Of a DNA stretch of 64,000 nt, positions 40,466 through 53,000 are shown in pieces (within the stretch, counting starts at the first letter, position 1; every line of letters begins with the position of its first letter). The translations under genes were made by a program, and so were the position numbers. Under the pieces are notes generated by a model. It had not been told where the DNA came from. It did no database searches and was given only the letters and a program-made list of their open reading frames with translations. This DNA is from Eledone cirrhosa (lineage: Eukaryota): assembly GCA_964016885.1 (NCBI GenBank), contig OZ024741.1:231322001-231386000 (forward strand), given 5' to 3'.

Positions 40466-42203
40466 TAACAAATCTTCAAGGTGGCAGATAACATCAGGCA
40501 GTATTTGGGCAAAAGTATGAAGTCCTGGAAAACAGGGTTAACATCAGCTGGAGAATCCTTGGGAGGCGTGAAGATCAAGAGAGGTATCTTCCAGGGACAT
40601 AGTCTGTCCCCTCTGTTGTTTGTCCTTGCCCTGATGCCCCTGACCATTATACTGTGAAAAGTGAGAGCAGGATACAAGTTGGGAAAGGGAGAGCTTACTA
40701 TCAATCACCTCCTCTTCATGGACGATCTTAAGCTCTACGGGAAGAGTGAGAAGGAGTTGGATGTGCTTGTTGACACTGTCCGTATTTTCAGCAATAATAT
40801 ATGTATGCAATTCGGTATTAGTAAGTGTGGAGTCCTTGTAATGAAGAGGGGTAAATTGAGCAGAAGCAACGGAATCCAGGTACCAACAGGTGAGATGATA
40901 AAGGAAATTGACACTGAAGAAAGATACAAGTATTTGGGTGTTCTGGAGGCTGATGACATCAAGAACAAAAACATGAAGGAATTGATAAGATCTGAATACA
41001 TTCGGAGAGTAAGGAGCGTATTAAAGTCACATCTGAATAGTAGGAATGCCATAAGTAAAGTAAATTCCCGAGCTGTGTCTATTATTAGGTAAAGTGCGGG
41101 AATTCTGAGATGGAATGTTGCTGAACAAAAAGAAATGGATAGGAAGACTAGGAAGCTATTGGCTATCTACAACATGTTCCCCAAGAGGAGCGATATTGAT
41201 AGACTCTACTTAAGGAGATCTGAGGGTGGAAGATGTCTTATCAGCATAGAGGACTGTGTTCAGGTGGAGAACAACAACCTACACAAATACGTGACTGATA
41301 GTAAGGAGCCAATGCTCAGAACTGTACTGAAGGAAAGGACAATAGACCAGGGGATGTCCAAGGAGGAAATAACAACAAGGAGAAAGAGCAGCCTTCATGA
41401 AAAATCCCTTCATAGTACCTTCTTTGAGAAAACTGAATTCAGAGATCCACAGACATGGAACTGGTTGAAAAGAGGAGACCTTAAAAAGGCTACAGAAGGA
41501 ATGTTAATGGCTGCGCAAGAGCAAGCCCTCAAAACGAAGTGGTTGAAACACCATATTTACAAGGAGGAGGCTAGCCCACTGTGCAGGATATGTGGAGAGA
41601 GAGAGGAGACTGTGGCTCACATTTTATCCGAGTGTAAACACCAAGCCCAGACTCACTATAAAGGCTGGAGACATGATGTGATGGGCAGGGTGATCCACTG
41701 GCACCTATGCAAAGTAAACAATTTACCACATTCTGAGAAGTGGTATGAGCATAAGCCAGAGTCGGTGATAGAAAACGATCAGGTGAAGGTGCTCTGGGAT
41801 TTTAGGATACAGACGGAGAAGAAACTGGAACACAATAGACCTGACCTGGTGGTTTTGGACAAAGAAAAAAGATCGTGCCTGATTGTGGATGTGGCCTGCC
41901 CATTCGACACGAGAGAGCAAGAGAAGGAGAGGGAGAAAATTAACCGATACGAGGTGGGAGGTAAAAAGTATTTGGAACTGCCATGAAGTCAAAGTGGTCC
42001 CGATTGTCATAGGCGCACTAGTTTCGAGGCATGGTTAAAGAAAATTGGCCCCGCCACGCTTTTTGGAACGCTTCAAAAGGTATGCTTGCTGGGAACAGCA
42101 AGAACCCTCCGATACGTCCTGAATATCTGAGGCTGCAGGTAGTGGCTTGATATTCATTTCAACAAACTTTCCAGTTAACTAACATCAATGACTGAGACTC
42201 AAA

Positions 42204-42205
<2 letters not shown>
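40466..42205 (+). mobile_element. 5'-truncated R4/Dong LINE (RT plus RLE)
   Basis: GIFQG.SLSPLLF, HLLFMDDLKLY, YKYLG, CRIC..ETVAHILSEC, RHD, WDF..RPD..VDVACP; (TAA)n on both sides. Confidence 0.92.
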
Positions 42206-42227
<22 letters not shown>

Positions 42228-42234
<7 letters not shown>

Positions 42235-42490
42235 TTCTTTATTGGCCACAAGGGCTGACATCAAGAAAAACATTACAGACGGCACAGGACGGTATGATGT
42301 GGGTTTTGTAATAATTGTTTCTACTTTTGGCACAAGGTCAGCAATCACCCAGTGTATTACTGGCACTTTATTTTATCGACCCCGTAAGGATGAAAGGCAA
42401 AGTTAATCCCGCCGAGGTAAACTTTGCCTTTCATCCTTACGGGGTCGATAAATTAAAGTACCAGTAATACACTGGTTAAAACAATTATTA
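42228..42490. mobile_element. ~80-bp Tx1 3' tail (-) followed by two SINE 3' halves in inverted orientation
   Basis: The reverse complement reads GCCCTTGTGGCCAATAAAGAAA; the SINE core lies on - at 42308-42405 and on + at 42406-42490. Confidence 0.75.
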
Positions 42491-42554
42491 TTATTATTAT
42501 TACTATTATTATTATTATTATCGGACTGAGTAGACGTGATTCATGACCACCGCA

Positions 42555-44143
42555 AGGTAGTAATCTTTCAAGGATTTTCTTTTGGATAACGTTCGTCATA
42601 ACACTTTTAATTTCACATTCTCCCTACAGTGCGGCTATAACAATCTACAACGAATAATTTTGCTTCGTGTGTCTCTCCACGAAATGTGACGTCAATACAT
42701 GTTTTGCCCGAGAAATGTAATTTATCGCCCGTTATACCACGCGCTATTTTCGCTGTTTTACGTAATCTTGATTTACCAATTTTTTCCAAGTATCTGCATT
42801 TATAATCGAGATATCACTACCTGCGTCTAACTGTAATTTGGTATTCACACCATTTATTTTTACGTGCACGAATTTTCTTGTTTTTCCTTTGCAATCACTC
42901 TCCATTGGAAACACCTTAGAACTTTTTGTTTGAGCCTCATAGTATTGTTCTACAGTGAGAACTCCTGTGTCCTAGCTTCTGACAACTATAGCATTTTTGG
43001 TATTTAAACGGACAATGCTTTTTATAGTGTAGGCAACTACAACCATAACACGTATTGCGGCCTGATATTTTTTTTTATTGAGCTTCCCGGGACGACACAT
43101 TTGAATTTTTGCAGAGTCTTTATCTTGATATTTTTTCACATGTTTAAGATTTACCATACTCTGACACTCTTATGCAATGGTCCGTTGAGATAAATCTTGC
43201 TTTACTTGCTCCATTTTCGAGAGGATCCTTACTCGAATTTCTCTATATTCAGGTGATATAAGCCCTTGCACGAAGATAAGTGATTTGAACATATCCTGAG
43301 TGAGATCCTGGAGTTTGAAAGTTTTGCACATACGGTTGACTACTCCGGCGTAGGTGATAATATAATCTTCCACATTTACTGTTAAGTTCCAACACTTCAT
43401 TCTGGTGTTAAACAATGAACTTCTATCATAAAAAGTTTTTGAAAGCCATTTCACTGGTTCTTAGAACCCAATCTTACTCAAATTTTGGGGCAGAATGAAG
43501 TTTCAGTAACGCTCATGTTCGTCATGAGCTACCTTACGTAGTAAAATCCTTACTTTCTGCTCCTCCGACCATGACTTGCACTCGTTGTTGAAAATGTCCT
43601 CGTATCTTCTATAATACGCAGGAAACGTATTATCCTCCTCTGGATTATACGTAAATTCAGAAATTGCGTTAACCATGCCGTCTGGCGTGAACGCACTTAC
43701 TGGATTTTTCAGACTTCGTCGACTGTAACTCAATTAATTACTGTTGTTGTAGTATTTGTTTTTGCAACTCTTGTAGTTGTTCCTGTTGCTTCTCTTGAAG
43801 CTGTACTACTGCGTCTAATAGGTTTTCCATGAGGCAGAAATAGTCAAATAACCAAAGTGAATTTCGAATGGTCCTCATCGCCAGATGTTATGTCCGTATG
43901 GATAAACGAATACATTGCAACAGTGTAATAACAATATAGTCGAAACAAAATGATATAACCACACGTAATGCAACAGCAATCATTAAAAAACCCAACAATT
44001 CAACATGTTAACTCGAACTGTGGAACTATTACCAACTTGTCCACTTACTCAGGCCGCTAATATTTATATGTAGTGGTCCAGCCCATTCTCGCCAGTGGGG
44101 GGGGGGGGGGGGGGTACTCTCGCACACCAACGTGACCATCACA
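42555..44143 (-). mobile_element. Truncated Ty3/Gypsy LTR retrotransposon (5' LTR, PBS, gag, protease)
   Basis: LTR 43886-44143 (TGTGAT...ATAACA); PBS TGGCGATGAG at ~43874-43883; gag MENLLD...EFTYNPEE..TF.AYYRRYEDIF; protease LQLDAGSDIS at ~42810-42840. Confidence 0.85.
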
Positions 44144-44344
44144 TAAAAAAAAGAAAAATATTAAGTTTCAGGACAATTTGTGACATTTATCCATCATTAT
44201 TTTTTTGCTGTCTTTAATGATTTCTTAATCTGAATCAATCATGTTTATAAAATAGAGCATAGTGATACACTGGGGCAATTTCTGGCCCTATACCAAAAGC
44301 ATGAACAATTATCATTTTCATCAGGATCTAACATTTATCGTCTT

Positions 44345-44460
44345 AGCCCAAATCCCGCCGAGGTCAAACCCACCCCTCATCTCTATGGGGTCGACACGAC
44401 AAAGTACCCGCTATTCATTGGTGCAATCGCTGGCCCTGTGCCAAAAGTAGAAATAACTTT
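44345..44460 (+). mobile_element. Diverged SINE 3' half
   Basis: AAATCCCGCCGAGGTC...GGGGTCGA...AAAGTACC...GTGCCAAAAGTAGAAA. Confidence 0.65.
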
Positions 44461-45194
44461 CATCATCAGTATCACCATTATCAACATCAACACATTATTA
44501 TCATTTTCATTTTTCAGCGGTTGTAGTGGTACTGGCTATGGTGATGATGGTGGTTGTGGGGTCAGTGTAATGTTTAAATATCAGCCTTTTTTGTTATTTT
44601 TCTTTTTCTTCAAGACCAGTAACATCGGTCACTAGTGTTGTTGTTGACGCTGCTGTTGCAGTTTTTTATTGTAGCCAAGCTACGCTCGTAGCCATTACAA
44701 TGAGGGAGGTAGGGGGTGTTGTGTTAAAATATTTTGAATTTTTCTTTTGATGTTACTTTTGTTTTTATCATTGTTCTGTTCAGTGGGTTTTCGATGTGTT
44801 ACTTATATTTAATATACAAGTTGACATCCTCCCTTAATATTTGAACTAAACATTTTGAGAGTACTTATGAGATACAACAATAATAATGATTATTATCATG
44901 GTATTGGTGGTTGTGGCGGCGGTGATATCACCGCTTTTTGGATGTTCTAGTTAGAGGACTCAGGGGGGTTTTCTTTCAATTGTAAACATTTTCTTTTTTG
45001 GATATAACATTTTATACATAATATTAAATATTTGAGTTATATTCCCAGATACTATGTGGTCTCACTTCTTGAAGGTGAGGGTGATGCCTTCTGTCTCATT
45101 AGTAATAAAAATCATAATATCACAGGTGTTTGAATATTAAAAAAAAACATAAACGCGAGCAAATCCATAACAATACATATCCTTCAGGTTATTA

Positions 45195-45610
45195 TTAGGA
45201 GGAAGGGCAGGCGGTTTTCATCTGCCTGGTGGCCATGGCGAAAGAGATTGTGTGGTGGACAAGGTTGAAAGGGTTAAAGACAGACACTTTCCTCTTCGGC
45301 GAATCGCTAATTAACTTTTTCAAGTTTCACTTGAAGAGGAAAATCAGGGTGGAGAGGCAAGTGCTGTCTTCTAGCAAGGTTGTTGAAAGGTGGGTGAATG
45401 TAGCGAGAATGGTCCGAGTGAACGGGACCGCTCTGAATATACGCCTGTAGTTTGAGAAATTGAAACATTGAGAGAGGGCACTTGCCCTAGTGGTCAGGGT
45501 GGCCGTGGTCTTTTGTGAGATTTTCGCCACGAGTAACCCTCAGAGGTTTCCCCCTATTGCGGAATTTTTCATTGTTTCAATTTTCATTATAGTTGCATTT
45601 ATCTTGCTTT
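45195..45610 (+). mobile_element. Short Tx1/L1 3' fragment
   Basis: MAKEIVWWTRLKGLKTDTFLFG..., matching the ORF2 C-terminus of the other copies; preceded by TTATTATT. Confidence 0.85.
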
Positions 45611-45614
45611 CAGT

Positions 45615-48600
45615 TCACACGAGTTATCACCAAGTCACAACCAGTGGCCTCAAGAGACAATAAGGTCCGCCATGTTCAAGAAAGAGCACATGCACACATA
45701 AATGTACGTTTAGGTGTTTAGACCTGTGATGTATTTATATTGACAGAATCATCCTTAGTATATGGGAAGTTCCCATTAGTACTATCTTTTGTATTTCTTC
45801 TATACGCGGTTTTCCTGGAATTTGGGATAAGTAATCATTAGACCCCTTAGGCATCATTCCTGGTGCGCCTACAAACATTGGTATTGTTTTAGTTCTAAAC
45901 TTCCCCATTTTTCCTATTTCTATCTCTAGTTCTTTATACTTGCTCAATGTTTCGAATGTTTTTATAGACACATCCTTGGCTATTGGAACGGACATATCAA
46001 ATAGCAGGCATACCCTCTTTTTAAAGTGCTTCAGTATTATATCAGGTCTATTTGCATCTATTTTTCGGTCTGTTTGGATGCTACAGTTACACAAGATTGA
46101 GATGTGATCTTTTTCACGTACGGGAGGTGGTTGATGCTCCCACCAATTCTTTTGATGGGGCAGGTCGAACTGCTTACATATTACCCAATGTATGTATTGT
46201 GCAGCTCTGTCGTGACTGTTTAGGTATTAGGTTGGAGGTACAGGGCTGCACATTGGAATTATATGATCAATGGTCTCTGGTTGTTTTTTAAATAGACGGC
46301 ATAATGGGTTGCATCTATTTTTTATTATGTTGGCTTGAAAATGTTTTGTTCGCAGACACTAATCTTGTGCTGTTATAATTAGTCCTTCAGTCTCCGATTT
46401 CAGTCCATAGGATGCCAAGCTCTCATGGGTTAAAGTTTTGTCAGCATCAGGAGTGTTAGCTCTTTCTGGGTATTTTCAATACAGAGGCTTTCCTTACCAT
46501 TTCTTAGCCAGTTTCTGGAGCAGTTTCTTTTTTTTGCAGCTACTTTTATCTGCTTTGCTTTTTCTGTGTTTTTCATTTCAGAAGTAAAGGGAACTTCTGA
46601 AATATGTAGTTCATTACTGCATCTTTGTGCATCTTTTGTAATGGAGTATGATCTTGTGATGCTCTCAAGTCCAAAACGAGTTTGATCATCCAATCATGTG
46701 CCTCGCTTAGATATGTAGATAATCCAATTGTTGCAGTTTTCAAAGCAATATCTGATTGGATTAATCCTCGTCCTCATTCTTTGCTAGGGAGATATATTCT
46801 ATCGATATCTGCCTTAGGGTGATGCATTCTGTGCATGGTTAAGAATGTTCTAATTTGTACTTGACCAGTTGATGAGATTGAAACTGTAGGTTACTACTGG
46901 TATGGCAAGCGTATTTATGGCATCGATCCTATTCCTTGCATTCAACTCCGTTCTTAAGATTGCTCTTACTCTGCGGTAACATTCCTTCCTTATCCTTTCC
47001 CACTATCGAATGTTTTTTTGTAATCTATCCAAGCAATTGATAGAATGTTTTGTCTATTATGACAATCTTCCAGTATATTTTTGTTAACCAAAAGCTGATC
47101 CTTACAGCCATATGAGCCTCGTTTACACCCTTTCTGCTCATTGGGAAATAGATCATTTGTTATCAGGTAATCATAAGTATATTCAGTTAGGACTGATGTG
47201 AAAGTGTTATACATTGTGGTGAAGCAAGTTATCGATCTGAAATTTTTTGGATTATTTGTCTCATTCTTCGGAAGTAGGAATGTAATGCCGTTAACTAGCC
47301 AAAATTGTATCTTATCTGGCTCCTTAACCATTTCATTGTAAAGTTGGGCTAACAGCTCATGAAACTCTGTGAAGGCATTTATCCAAAATTGTGGTATTTT
47401 GTCCTTCCCTGAGGATTTCCATTTGCTGGATTTTCTAAGAGCTAAACGCAGATGTTCAAATGTTATATTTCCCATGTTTGTTCCTCAAGGTGAGCTATAT
47501 CTTTGATTTGTTTGTCTATCCATGTGGCATGTATGTTATGAACTTTTTCTTCGGCTCAGATCTTTTCCCAGACTTCTTGCATTTCCTCCTTGGGTCGTAT
47601 AGATTTAGAAGTTATTGTTGACTTGCCAATTCTTCTGTAAAATTTTTTTGGTTGTTTTTGAACATATTGTTATCCTCATAGAATCTAGAGCGTTTTTCAA
47701 AGCGCCTTATACGAGCAGCTTTGGCCGACACTTATTGCTTGATTGCTTCTATCAGCATGTCTATATCACTTGTTGATTTTATATTATATTTTCTTTTCAA
47801 TTTTCTAAGTTTAGTTTGTTTAACATGTTCATCTACTTTGCTAAATTTTCTATATCAGATCGGAGAAGGTTTATTTGGCGATTGATTTTCTCTTGCCAGG
47901 TAGGTTTTTTGTGGGGATTCCTTTGTTTTTTCATTTTGACTCCAAATATGTGTGTGATGACTTTAGCCGATGCATAATAGAGATGATTTAGATCAGTAAT
48001 GTTTATTTGTGATGATAATGTTTTGAGAGTTATGTTAGTCTTGTGTATTATCCTTTGGTTTTGTTTGGAGTTCTAGATCTTAGGGAGAGTGTCTCGTTTT
48101 CCCATGTCAGATTCTTCCATTTTTATCCATTCGATCATAATTTCATTCTTCAAGTCGGTGGGTTCATTTTCATTCATTTCTTTATCATTGACGATCTCGT
48201 TGTTTTCATTTTGAGCTTCATCTTTAGCATGCACTTCTTTCACTTTTTCGATCCTTTCTTTAATTTGTTCTGCTCTCAGTGATTTTGCCCCAACCCTGGG
48301 ATTTGAAGTGTTACAATTTACCTCGTTTTCACTGACACATGTTTCATTTTCCCTTCGCTGACTTTGCGCTAATTGCTTGATATGATCAATTTCTATATTA
48401 GTTAGTAACTTTTTCTTAACAATATTTCTTCGTATATTAGCTACTTTGTTTTCGGGATGTTTCTTTTGCCATTTGATGTATTCGATCTATTTGATGGGTA
48501 GTACATGGCAGTGTAGAAAGCTTCAAGGACTTCTTTATTGTCTTCCCTTGACCATGTTTTCTCTTTTTCTTTGGATTTCTTGGTAGTGAGCATGGAGTGC

Positions 48601-48900
48601 CAACAGTAGGAGTATTCCGGTTATGGGAGGTCTCCAGCTCCGAATTGATGGTAAGGTTTGAACCATTAGCTGATTTTTCGACCCCAGTCTGGTGACGCCC
48701 GATCCAGTATGAGATTTTATCATTTGACATTGGCTTTGTTTTGTTGCGTTTTATCCTTAACTTCAAAGGGGTAATCATTTCGTATTACCCCTATTAGGAC
48801 GAGTGTCAATCAAGACTAGAGGGGTCGTCCTCTCCTAGAGAGACGGCTATTCCCCGCCGGCCGCCTCCCCGGTATTTCTTCGTCACGGTTTTTTTTTAGT
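45615..48900 (-). mobile_element. Near full-length R4/Dong LINE with RT core deleted
   Basis: WKSSGKDKI..FW, N.R.ITC, EQKGCKRGSYGCKDQLL, WIDYKK.FDS, then a jump to RRVRAIL..ELN; RLE NRPDI..DMSVP...KY (45735-46094); structured 5' leader. Confidence 0.88.
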
Positions 48901-48969
48901 TTTTTAAATAGTTATTATCATGAGGGTTTCCTTAATGTGAGCCCCTCATGGCTGAGAAAGAAATTATTA

Positions 48970-49160
48970 TTAATAATTGTTTCTAGTTTTGGCACAAGGC
49001 CACCAATTATCCAGTGTATTACTGGTACTTTATTTTATCAACCCCATAAGGATGAAAGGCAAAGTTAACCTCGGCTGGATTTGAACTCAGAATGGCAAGG
49101 GCCATAACTCTATACGTCAAAGCATGGCGTCCGACCCTCTACCGTTATTGCCAATCCACA
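48970..49160 (-). mobile_element. Deu/Nin-type tRNA SINE
   Basis: Reverse complement of the 33902-34095 unit. Confidence 0.85.
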
Positions 49161-49624
49161 TTAATAATGTAATATACTTTTTTGTTGAAGTTGCCTCTTC
49201 ATAACCATAGGCGGCGTTAACATTTGACCGAGTCTCTATGACAGTCTATTTATATAATTTGTTAGCCCCTCCCTTGTCTAGTGTTAGCGCCACCCTCCCC
49301 TTTCTTAAGTTAACAGAAGGTAGCGGGGGAGGGGGGAAGATAGTGGTAGTAGCAATGATGTAGTGGTGGCGGTGGGGATCTGATAGCGGTAATGTAGTTA
49401 TGGCGTTGTCGCTTCTGAAATCTGTTGAATAGACTGTAGCTAGTATGCGTTTGTTTGATCTATATATCTATGCGGTTTGTCGCCTATGTTCAATATAATG
49501 TTGACATTTATTTACTTAATATTTGAATTAAGCATTTTGTGATACAACAATAATTTTCAATTTTCATTTTTATTATTTACATATATATATATATATGTTT
49601 CTATGTCTTTTTCTTTTTCTTTTC

Positions 49625-49712
49625 TAACAAAACCTACATCGTACCGTCCTGTGCCGTCTGTAATGTTTTTCTTGATGTCTGCCCTTGTGGCCAATAAAGA
49701 AATAATTATTAT
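49625..49712 (+). mobile_element. ~85-bp Tx1 3'-terminal fragment
   Basis: Nearly identical to the reverse complement of 42228-42305; ends GCCCTTGTGGCCAATAAAGAAATAATTATT. Confidence 0.75.
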
Positions 49713-50059
49713 GCTGGGATTGGTGGCGGTGGAATTGCCGTTATATGGCTGTTGTATTTAGTGTAGATAGAGTGGTTTTCTTCCATATATAACCATTTTC
49801 TTTTTCTTAATATAAAATGTCTAATACAAAATTGAATATTTGAGCCATATGTTACGGGTAGCCATTTCCTAAGAGTTAAAGACTTGTGCCTTATGTCCCA
49901 TTTATACTAAGACATTTTATATCACAAGAGTTTTAAATATGTTAAAAATCAAAAACTTACGGGAGCGATTCCATAACACTCTATCCACCACGTGCGTGTT
50001 CTTTTTCTCCTTCTTCTTATTCTTCTTCTCCTTATTCTTCTTCTTCTTATTATTATTAT

Positions 50060-53000
50060 TATGGCCGCACATGTGTAAAGACAGTACAAATCTGCGGGGG
50101 AAAAGGTTCATAACTTCAAGCTGTTTTAAAGTGTCTTTCTTTTGTATTTTCTTGTCATTAACGAAACTTAAGGTACAAATCTTGATTTAAAGAGAGGGAT
50201 ACCTCTCAATATTCGGGCTTTAAGCCCGAATATTCAGATTTATTTTTAAAAACTTCGGAGAAAATCGCTTCCCCACCAAAAGAAAATTATGGAAATTTTC
50301 GACCTTGAAACGGTAAACAACGTTCAGGTCAAAAGTTTAAAGGCAGCCACTGCAGATTTCACCACAAGTACGACGGCTACAGTCATGCCTGTAATCCACT
50401 CTACTGAATGTGAAGGCAACACTCAAAAGCTACCATCACAACCTTCTGCCATAGCAGCAGTATCATCTGAAAACGACATCACCACCACCGCCACCACCAC
50501 CACCACCACCACCACAACAACAACAACTCAGAGCAATAACGACAACAACACCAACAGTTTCAATGTAAACAAGGATGGCGGTGGCAACAGCAAGAATGAC
50601 AACAACAACAATAAGAGCATCAGAAACACCACATTTGCTGCAGCAGCAGCAAAAACAAAGCGCTTATTGAATATTGATATTGATATTAGCGATAAAGACG
50701 AACAGTTGGCCAAAGCGTGGAGACTAATTAAACGGGAGAAGTCCTGGGCAAACCTGACCATCCCGGACGAGGCAATAGCGGCCATGCAAAGGAGGACGGT
50801 GCTCTTTCGATGTATTTCGGTGCAGACACGAAAAGTGGAACTTGCGAGCCAAGCAGAGGTAGAGACTGCTTTGGAGTACATCGGAAGTAACATAGAATAC
50901 AAAGCAAGAGGTAAACAGTTCGGTACCATCTCGGTACTGTTCAAAACCGAGGCCCTCGCTATTAAGCACTCGGTGACCCCCTGCAGGACGGAACGCATTA
51001 TCATGCATCCGTTCTATATGAGTAAAAGGACAGTGAAGGTACGCATTCCCAGCATCCCACCAAGAATGAACATATGGTGGCTGCTGGGATGCGTAATCGA
51101 GGAGGGGACAGACACTACCCTCCTGGACATCAAAAGGACAGAGAGGGAGGACTGGTCCGGAATGGATTTGGAGATTCTTCTCCAAATGAAACCGGAGGAT
51201 ATGAATAACGTCCCGGATTTTGCCCGCCTGCAGGACGGAACAACAATCCAACTAATGATTGACGGAAGAAGGCCACGCTGCTTCGTTTGCGGGGAAGCAA
51301 CGCATCTTCAAGCCTTCTGCCCTCAGCGCAAAAATGCAGGGGGTCGCAAACCTCCTGTGTTGCCAACGCCAGTGTCAGCACGGAAAGCTGCACCACTACC
51401 ACCACCACCAAAAACAACATCAACAAAAACACGGACACCAACATCAAAAGCAGCCGGATCACCACCAACATCAAAAACAATCCAAGGAGAAAACGAGGAA
51501 AGCGCTCCCACTCCCCCCCCCCAATTATACACATAGACAAAAAAATAAACGCACACACATACACAGAGACACTCACAGACACAGACCCTTTGTCTTCCAG
51601 CAGCGAAGATGAAGGAAAACACAAAAGTGCAAAAAAAGCGAGAAGACTCACAAAAAAAAAAAAAAACCCCAACAAAACACAAAAACACACACAACAAAAA
51701 ATACAGATGCCACTAACGCAAATACTTCCCCAATAACATCATCACCAACAGCAACATCGACACCACCTCCACAATCCCCGAAACGCAAACAACCTAAACA
51801 AACACAAGTACAAATAAACACACAATTACCTGAAATTGCAGACCCCACACCTACAACAAAACATAGTCATACCCGAAACACCACCAAAACCATCGACACC
51901 ACATTCACCAAAACGAAAACAAATAAAACAAATAAAACCACACCAACAACATGTTAAAAACTTCGTGCTTGTCAGAAGGGCCAACGATAAACTGATGGCC
52001 CTCTTAGCGCGAAGCGAGGTCATTCAAACAGAGGGGGAGATTTTTGAAATGAGCACATTTTGCGTGCCAGAAGATTTGCTTCTGGTTTCGAATGTCACTC
52101 AATTCCTTCAAAGAAATTCGAGAGAGCTTCCTGAAGACGTGGGAACCCCGAATGTGAAACCCACATCAAGACTTTTAAAGGGGTTCCCAAAAGAAATCCC
52201 ACCAACCATGGAGGTCGAACAACCCGACCTTCACAAGACCCGGGAGGTAAGTAAACCTTCCCTCTCTCTCTCTTAGCTTACCAATATGGCCATATTAAGA
52301 GTAGGAAGTTTAAATGTTCGCGGCATGGGGTCACCCTGGAAGCAGGGTCGCCTGCTCAACGACCTCCGGTCGCTGGAAATGGATGTGATTTCCGTAAGCG
52401 AGACCAAAATTTCCGATACGCGCGCACTAGCCCCCATTTTCGACGACTATCAGATCCTCGCATCTTTTAGCAGGCCGGGAATGGGGAGGGGGTGGCAGTG
52501 CTGTTTAGGAAAGGACTAGATCTCGAGGTAAGGTCGATCTTACGGGACCCGGACGGTAAGTTGGTGGTCTTGGATGTGAGCAGTACCGAAGGCGGTGCCT
52601 TTAGAATGCTGGCCGTCTACGCCCCTACAGGGGCCGGATGACCTGACTTCTTTAGGCGCCTGGAGACCTTCTTGGGTACGTCTCGCCCTTTACTGTTAGC
52701 GGGGGACTGGAATGGCATCTTAGACGCACGCTGGGATTGTGTGGGAGTAGCCGATAGGAGCGGGGGGGAGCAAAAGCCTCAAGCACCTACTCAGCCAGTT
52801 CCAACTGTCTGACAGGTATCGACTAGATTTCCCCAATGTGCCAGTATGGACATGGACCAACCGAATGGGGTCATCTAAATCGTATATAGACAGGATCTTC
52901 ATTAGGAAAATAGATAGAAATAGTGTAGGCTGCCCACTTTTTAAAACGGTCACCTATTCAGATCACAAATTTGTGATCTGTACGGTCGACCTAGATGAAA

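Noticed and set aside
44518-44570. Possible third Cys/Gly exon after ttttcag (GCSGTGYGDDGGCG)
   Set aside because: Low-complexity GGT repeats with no EGF cysteine spacing and no convincing donor.
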